Below are positions 58,588 through 64,000 of a stretch of 64,000 bases of DNA, piece by piece. Position numbers and translations under genes: made by a program. Location of the stretch: the NCBI GenBank assembly GCA_965247895.1, contig OZ252046.1:3319155-3383154 (forward strand). Direction: 5' to 3'. How positions within the stretch are numbered: the stretch's first letter is position 1; the number at the start of each line of letters is the position of its first letter. The notes below the pieces were generated by a model. It was not told the DNA's origin and did no database searches. It saw only the letters and a program-made list of their open reading frames with translations. Source of the stretch: Dehalococcoidia bacterium. Its GTDB lineage: Bacteria; Chloroflexota; Dehalococcoidia; UBA2979.

Positions 58588-59843
58588 GTCTCCACATCCC
58601 GCAGCGTCTCAATCGGGTGGTAGCGGCCGTCGGCGCCGATCACCGTGATGAACACGGTGTCCGAACCCTGGTTGTCGCCTTCGCCGAAGCTGAGCACGAA
58701 GCCCTCGATGTCGATGGAGTCCATCCCGAGGATCGCGTTCACGAAGCAGGCCCGGTCGAGCTCACGACCGCAGCCCTCGAGTCCCGCGATGGCGAGCCGC
58801 CCCGCGAGGTAGCCCTCGAGCGAGACGAAGCCGGGGGTGGCGTCGGGCGAATAGAGCGCCAGGGCGCGCTTGTAGGCGGCGATCACCGGGAGCGAGTCGT
58901 CGTCCGGGAAGGGGACGACCTGGGTCACGACCACGCCTGCGCCGTCAGGGCCAAGCTCGCGCGCCAGCGCGTTGCTGCCGACGAACGAGACGTTCAGGAA
59001 GACCGGGTTGAAACCGGTGGTCCGGCCCCACTTGATCAGCGCAGCCATCGGCTCATAGGCGCCGATCATGATCACGGCCTCGGGTGCGCCCTCGCGAAGG
59101 TCCAGGAGCGCCGTCTTCACGGCCGTCGTGTTGCGGGGATACAGGCCGACGGCGACGGGTTCGAGCCCTCGCCGCTGCAGTGCGGCCAGCGACCCCTGGT
59201 AGCCGGCGCGGCCGTAGGAGTCGTCCTGGTACATGATGCCGATGCGCTCGATCCCGAGGTCGCCGATCAGGCGGGCCACCATTTCCTCGGTTTCCTGGTT
59301 GTAGGAGGCGCGCAGGTTGATGATGTTGTCCCACCCCGGGTCGCGCAGGAAGGCGGCGCCGGTGAAGGGTGCGATGTATGGGACGCCTGCCTCCGCGGCA
59401 ATAGGTGTGGCTGAGCGCGAGGTGGGAGTGCCCACGGCGCCAATCAACGCGAATACCCCATCTTCCTCGATCAGGTAACGGGTATTGGCGATCGCGGCCT
59501 CCGGCTCGTAGGAGTCGTCGAGGGAGGTGAGTTCGAGTATGCGCCCGTGCACGCCCCCGGCGAGGTTGGCCTCGTAGAACGCGGCCTCGATCCCGATCCG
59601 CATGTTCTTGCCGAGCTCCTGCGCGGGTCCGTTGAACGCCGCGGACTGGCCGAACAGGATCCGGTCCCCGGTGACCCCTGGCGTTGTGGCCTCGACGGTC
59701 GCGGTCGGCTCCGGGGTAGCGTCGGTGACGACACCGTCATCCCCGTCGTCGCCGCCCCAGAAACAGCCTGCCAGGAGCGACGCTGCGAGCACCACACAGA
59801 CCCCAGCCAGCCTCACGACTCGCACGGGCCGATCCCGTCTCAT
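58572..59843 (-). CDS. periplasmic substrate-binding lipoprotein (LivJ / branched-chain amino acid binding fold)
   Basis: Lipobox LLAGC. Type I periplasmic binding fold. No ABC permease or ATPase genes adjacent. Its stop overlaps the kinase start. Confidence 0.8.
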   Translation of the reverse strand: MRRDRPVRVVRLAGVCVVLAASLLAGCFWGGDDGDDGVVTDATPEPTATVEATTPGVTGDRILFGQSAAFNGPAQELGKNMRIGIEAAFYEANLAGGVHGRILELTSLDDSYEPEAAIANTRYLIEEDGVFALIGAVGTPTSRSATPIAAEAGVPYIAPFTGAAFLRDPGWDNIINLRASYNQETEEMVARLIGDLGIERIGIMYQDDSYGRAGYQGSLAALQRRGLEPVAVGLYPRNTTAVKTALLDLREGAPEAVIMIGAYEPMAALIKWGRTTGFNPVFLNVSFVGSNALARELGPDGAGVVVTQVVPFPDDDSLPVIAAYKRALALYSPDATPGFVSLEGYLAGRLAIAGLEGCGRELDRACFVNAILGMDSIDIEGFVLSFGEGDNQGSDTVFITVIGADGRYHPIETLRDVETWSTN

Positions 59844-60259
59844 CTGACCTTGCGGGTGACCATCTTCAGACGATTCTTGCCCGACGAGCGCTCGTACTGC
59901 ACGTCGTCCATCAGCGTGCGCACGAAGTGGACGCCGAGGCCGCCCAGGCGCCTGTTTGCCACGCTCGACGTCAGATCGGGTGCGGGAGCGTCGTTCAGGG
60001 GGTCGAAGGGCCGCCCGCCGTCGACGATCTCGATCGTCACCGAGTCCCCTTCGGATGTCAGGGAGATCTCGAACTCGTGGGTATCGTCATCGTGCCCGTA
60101 GTCCATGATGTTCAGGCCCAGCTCCTCGAGCACCAGATTCACGCGGAAGAGCAGGTCGGGCGGCCAGTCGTCCTCTTCCGCCAGGTTCTCGATGGCGGCG
60201 ACAATCCGCTCCAACTCGTGGTGGGCGGTCTTGACGGTGAGTGAGAGTTCCGCGCTCAA
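59840..60259 (-). CDS. RsbW-like anti-sigma factor / serine protein kinase (GHKL ATPase)
   Basis: LVLEELGLNIMDYG and GLGVHFVRTLMD motifs. 139 aa. Confidence 0.75.
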   Translation of the reverse strand: MSAELSLTVKTAHHELERIVAAIENLAEEDDWPPDLLFRVNLVLEELGLNIMDYGHDDDTHEFEISLTSEGDSVTIEIVDGGRPFDPLNDAPAPDLTSSVANRRLGGLGVHFVRTLMDDVQYERSSGKNRLKMVTRKVR

Positions 60260-60263
60260 CTGC

Positions 60264-61415
60264 TCACTCCTGTCGGAGGGTCAGGCAGGTGACGTCGTCG
60301 TGCTGTGGCGCCTCTCCGGTGAAGTCGTTGACCACCTTCATGACTTCCATGCCGGTCGTTCTAGCGTCTTCGGCCAGGTGCCCGGGCCCGAAGTACTCGC
60401 GCAAGCCGTCGATTCCGAGCAGTTCGTCGTCGGTGTTGGTGGCCTCGGTCACGCCGTCGGTGTAGAGGATGATCGTGTCCCCGGGCGCGAGCGTGTAGCT
60501 CTCCTGGCGGTACTCGATGCCCGGAACCACGCCCAGGGCGATGCCGCCGGTGAGCGGCAGCAGGGTGGAGCTGCCGTCGGCGTGGATGACGAGCGGCGCG
60601 TCGTGGCCGCCGCTGGCGTACGTGAAGGTCCCGGTCGCGGGACTGTAGGTGGCGTAGAGCATGGTGACGAACATGCCCGCCGTGTCGTCTTCCTGGAGCA
60701 GGCTGTTGACCTCGGACAGGACGGGGCCGGGTTCCTGGAAGCTGATCGCCGCGCCCTTCAGCAGCGTGCGGCTGGACATCATGAACAGCGCGGCGGGGAC
60801 GCCCTTGCCGGACACGTCCGCGATGGCAAGGCCGATCTGGTCGTCCTGGAGGCGGATGGCGTCGAAGAAGTCACCACCGACGTTTCGGGCCGGCTGCATG
60901 GTTCCGAAGGTCTCGTAACTCTCGCTGCTGGGAAAGGCGGTCGGAAGGATCGACTGCTGCATCTTGCTGGCGACATCCAGCTCGTTCTGCAGCGTCACCA
61001 GCCGGTCGCGGCTCTTGAGTGCCTCGCGCCACTCCTCGACATGTTGCAGCGTGCGGTCGACGGTAATCCGCAGGTCGTCGAAGTCCAGCGGCTTGGTCAC
61101 GAAGTCGAACGCGCCGCGGTTCATGGCCGTGCGGATGTTCTGCATGTCACCGTAGGCGGAGATGATCACGGCGCGGATGTCCGGGTTGACCGAGGGGATC
61201 TGCTCCAGCAGCGTCAGGCCGTCCATCTCGGGCATGTTGATATCCGAGAGGACCATGTCGATTCCGTCGTCCTCGTTGAGCTTCTGCAGCGCCTCCACTC
61301 CGTTCCGGGCGAAGACGAACTCGTAGACGCCCTGCCTGATGTCGCGGCGCATGCGCTGGAGCATGAGGGGTTCGAGGTCAGGCTCGTCGTCAACAACCAG
61401 GATTTTGTGGGTCAT
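60264..61415 (-). CDS. response regulator receiver fused to PP2C/SpoIIE phosphatase (RsbU-like)
   Basis: REC (ILVVDDEP...DMVLSDINMP) followed by PP2C motifs GGDFFD, DVSGKG, YTDGVTEA. Confidence 0.85.
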   Translation of the reverse strand: MTHKILVVDDEPDLEPLMLQRMRRDIRQGVYEFVFARNGVEALQKLNEDDGIDMVLSDINMPEMDGLTLLEQIPSVNPDIRAVIISAYGDMQNIRTAMNRGAFDFVTKPLDFDDLRITVDRTLQHVEEWREALKSRDRLVTLQNELDVASKMQQSILPTAFPSSESYETFGTMQPARNVGGDFFDAIRLQDDQIGLAIADVSGKGVPAALFMMSSRTLLKGAAISFQEPGPVLSEVNSLLQEDDTAGMFVTMLYATYSPATGTFTYASGGHDAPLVIHADGSSTLLPLTGGIALGVVPGIEYRQESYTLAPGDTIILYTDGVTEATNTDDELLGIDGLREYFGPGHLAEDARTTGMEVMKVVNDFTGEAPQHDDVTCLTLRQE

Positions 61416-61464
61416 CGCGTGGTCTTGGGGGTGATCGTGTTTCGTTCAGGCTGGGTGACGCGGG

Positions 61465-61803
61465 CTACCCGCTGACGGCAGCCAGCGCCTCGTCGCGGGT
61501 GGCGTGAATCGGGATGATGGTGTCGAAGCCACTGATCGCGAAGACCTCGCGGATCGGGGCGTCGAGCGAGCAGAGGGCCATTGAGCCGCCATTGCCCTGG
61601 AGGGTTCGGGCCGTGAGCAGGATGACGCGGAGTCCCGCGCTGCTGATGTAGGAGATGTCCTCGAAATCAAGGACGAGGCCGCGATCGCTCTCCTCGATCG
61701 CCCCCTCGAGGGCTTCCTGGAACTCGCTCGCGTTGGAGCCGTCAAGGCGCCCCATCGGCTTGGCGATGACGGTCGCGCCCTCACGCTCCGCGTTGATCTC
61801 CAT
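61465..61803 (-). CDS. STAS-domain anti-sigma-factor antagonist (RsbV/SpoIIAA-like)
   Basis: LDFEDISYISSAGLRVIL with the conserved phosphorylatable Ser. Confidence 0.8.
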   Translation of the reverse strand: MEINAEREGATVIAKPMGRLDGSNASEFQEALEGAIEESDRGLVLDFEDISYISSAGLRVILLTARTLQGNGGSMALCSLDAPIREVFAISGFDTIIPIHATRDEALAAVSG

Positions 61804-62091
61804 AGGTCCGTCTCCTGACCCCTCGCTCCCGATTGGTGACAGGGCCGCAGTATAGGCCCCGCCGGGGTATAAAGGGGTGGCTCAAGCTGGCCGGCCAGCC
61901 TTGGACTCCCGCACTCCGCCCATCGTCGCCGACGAGCGGTCCGGAACACTCTCCGCTCGATCAGACTCTACGGCGGTCCGCCCTCCAGTGACACACTAAT
62001 GCCAGCCTGGACAACATCTTGCCGGATGTCGATATAACGTACCAGTGAGTTGTCCGCCCATCTTGCATAGGAGGTCACCAGCACCTGGAGG

Positions 62092-62157
62092 ATGGCGGTG
62101 GTACAGGCAACTCACGACATGCCCGAGTGCGACGACCACGAGCACCACTCCCACTAG
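62092..62157 (+). CDS. 21-codon His/Cys/Asp-rich mini-ORF (MAVVQATHDMPECDDHEHHSH) followed by an imperfect hairpin; speculative
   Basis: GGAGG SD immediately upstream. It lies upstream of the IS630 insertion and the His-rich CDF transporter gene. Hairpin AACCCCTTGTAAACAAAGGGTT follows. Confidence 0.15.
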   Translation: MAVVQATHDMPECDDHEHHSH

Positions 62158-62307
62158 CAGGGTGCTGAAAACCACCGAGGGCGCAGAAATGGAGCGTTTG
62201 GAGCACTGCGGAGTTACAAAAACCCCTTGTAAACAAAGGGTTTCTCATGCCCCGCAATCAGCCGATTCAGGGCCGAGACCGCCCGGGAAGACTTTTTCAG
62301 CAGCCTG

Positions 62308-63408
62308 CTAGTGTCCTGAGTTGGGAATGCGATTGAGATATCCGGTGAGGTTGTCGAAGATTTGGTCGGCGGTCTTGTGCCAGATGAAGGGGCGCGGGTG
62401 CTCGTTCCAGTCGGCGACCCAGGCCTCCACTGCACGGATCAGGTCAGCGGCGCCGTGATGAGTGCCGCGCCTGAGCCATTTGGTGGTGAGCTCCGCGAAC
62501 CAGCGCTCCACGAGGTTCATCCAAGAGCTGTAGGTCGGGGTGAAATGAAACGTGAACCGGGGATGACGCCGGAGCCAGCGCTGGATCTCCGGGGTGCGGT
62601 GCGTGGCGACGTTGTCCAACACGACATGCACCGCGAGTTCGTCGGGCACGCTGCGGTCGATGAGGGTGAGGAACTGCTTGAACTCCCGGGCACGGTGTCG
62701 CGGGGTCATGTCCGCGATCACGTGGCCCGAGGCGACGTCAAGCGCCGCGTAGAGATTGGTGGTGCCGTGACGGACGTAGTCGTGGGTCTGGCGTCGCGGA
62801 ACGCTCGGCATCATCGGCAGCATCGGGGCGGTGCGGTCGAGTGCCTGGATCTGGGTCTTCTCGTCAACACACAAGACGACCGCTGCCTCCGGTGGGTTGA
62901 GATAGAGTCCAGCCACGTCGCGCACCTTGTCGATGAATTGCGGGTCCGGCGACAGCTTGAAGTGCTCCACGAGGTGTGGCTTGAGGCCAAAGGCGCGCCA
63001 GATCTTGGAGATCGCCGTCTGCGACATCCCCACCGCGGCGGCCATCGATCTGGTCGACCACTGCGTCGCGTTGTGCGGTTGTTCTTCCAGTGTCTTGACG
63101 ATCACCGCTTCAATCTGGGCGTCGCTGATCGTGCGCGGTGCACCGGGGCGCGGCTCATCGCTCAGTCCATCGAGCCGCCGCTGCGCAAAGCGTCTGCGCC
63201 ATTTGCCCGCGGTCACCGGATGGCAACCAAGCGCCGCGGCGATCTCGGTATTCGGGGTCCCTTCTGCCGCAGCGAGCACGATCCGGCAGCGCAGCGCCAA
63301 CGCCTGAGCCGATGTCGGTCGGCGCGCCCACCGTTCCAGCGTCTCACGCTCATCGTCGCTCAGTACAACCGCCACCGTCGGCCGGCCAAGTCGGGTACTC
63401 ATGGACAC
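62308..63408 (-). CDS. IS630-family DDE transposase (366 aa, single ORF)
   Basis: N-terminal HTH (GRPTVAVVLSDDERETLERWAR), DDE region (CVDEKTQIQAL...VLDNVATH...SWMNLVERWF). Confidence 0.85.
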   Translation of the reverse strand: MSMSTRLGRPTVAVVLSDDERETLERWARRPTSAQALALRCRIVLAAAEGTPNTEIAAALGCHPVTAGKWRRRFAQRRLDGLSDEPRPGAPRTISDAQIEAVIVKTLEEQPHNATQWSTRSMAAAVGMSQTAISKIWRAFGLKPHLVEHFKLSPDPQFIDKVRDVAGLYLNPPEAAVVLCVDEKTQIQALDRTAPMLPMMPSVPRRQTHDYVRHGTTNLYAALDVASGHVIADMTPRHRAREFKQFLTLIDRSVPDELAVHVVLDNVATHRTPEIQRWLRRHPRFTFHFTPTYSSWMNLVERWFAELTTKWLRRGTHHGAADLIRAVEAWVADWNEHPRPFIWHKTADQIFDNLTGYLNRIPNSGH

Positions 63409-63490
63409 TCCAGCGTCTGCCCCACACGGGCAACACCCCGCTGTACCAACATCATACCCGCTTGTTTATCGCGTTAACAACTCAGGACAC
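62311..63490. mobile_element. IS630/Tc1-mariner family insertion sequence (~1180 bp) with ~24-bp imperfect terminal inverted repeats and TA target-site duplication
   Basis: Left end GTGTCCTGAGTTGGGAATGCG; right end reverse complement GTGTCCTGAGTTGTTAACGCG. Flanking dinucleotides are TA/TA (forming CTAG on both sides). Confidence 0.8.
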
Positions 63491-63665
63491 TAGGAGCGGG
63501 GTCCCGGCTCCACCAGCCTGGTCCGCCACTGGCGGACCAGGTCGCTGGACTGGTAGGACGAACCCGAAGGCCCATTCTTGAGGATGGTGTCTTCGGGTAT
63601 TGTTCGCCTCATGGGCTCGTCGATCGGGGCCCGAGGTTACCCGGCAGGGAGATGACTCAGCAGCC

Positions 63666-64000
63666 ATGTCCTCAACGCTGAGACCACCATCCGACACCCA
63701 CGACGACCACGCCGGGCATGACCACGACGACCACGACGACCACGCCGGGCATGACCATGACGACCACGGCCACGACGACCACGACCACGAGGGCCACGAC
63801 CACAGCCAACACCATCACGCTCACGATCTGCGGGGCCTCAGCCGTCGCAGACTGAGCCTCAGCCTGCTGCTGATCGCCGGCTACATGCTGGCCGAGGTCA
63901 TCGGCGGCCTGATTTCAGGCAGCCTCGCGCTGCTGGCCGACGCCGGGCACATGGCCACGGACGCGGCCGCGATCGGCCTCGCGCTATTGGCGATGTGGTT
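63666..64000 (+). CDS. cation diffusion facilitator (CzcD/ZitB-like) transporter, N-terminal part; truncated by window end
   Basis: His/Asp-rich N-terminus ([35 protein letters not shown]), then TM region with the CDF signature [14 protein letters not shown]. No stop in window, so not in ORF track. Confidence 0.7.
   Translation, partial: MSSTLRPPSDTHDDHAGHDHDDHDDHAGHDHDDHGHDDHDHEGHDHSQHHHAHDLRGLSRRRLSLSLLLIAGYMLAEVIGGLISGSLALLADAGHMATDAAAIGLALLAMW

Overview
High-GC (~68-70%) bacterial chromosomal segment, mostly housekeeping genes, with codon bias that creates many spurious antisense ORFs. The gene content looks like Chloroflexi/Thermomicrobia or an actinobacterial-like lineage, but this is only a guess. 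Three classes of observation stand out. (1) A compact phosphatidylinositol / acyl-PIM-type lipid cluster (ino1, two PatA-like acyltransferases, PHP phosphoesterase, pimA, PIP synthase). (2) A recurrent insertion architecture seen three times: a cargo gene sits immediately 3' of a minus-strand host gene and is flanked by 44-81 bp direct repeats that duplicate that host gene's last codons plus stop. (3) Several lesions or oddities inside accessory genes, including a J-domain-TM-repeat gene carrying both a frameshift and a TGG->TAG stop, and a Doc-linked antitoxin frame interrupted by an in-frame TAG. Recognisable housekeeping genes are nadA(partial), tRNA-Ser(GCU), miaB, nrtR, sucCD, proS, nusA-ylxR-infB-rbfA-truB, prfB(+1 frameshift), folD, acpS, nnr, fabD-fabF-fabF, recJ, an EF-G paralog, tyrS, ribF, scpA, DAHP synthase, aroH, trpA, trpB, a five-gene partner-switching module, an IS630-family element and a partial CDF transporter. 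No rRNA or CRISPR array seen. Hand-derived coordinates may be off by 1-3 nt.
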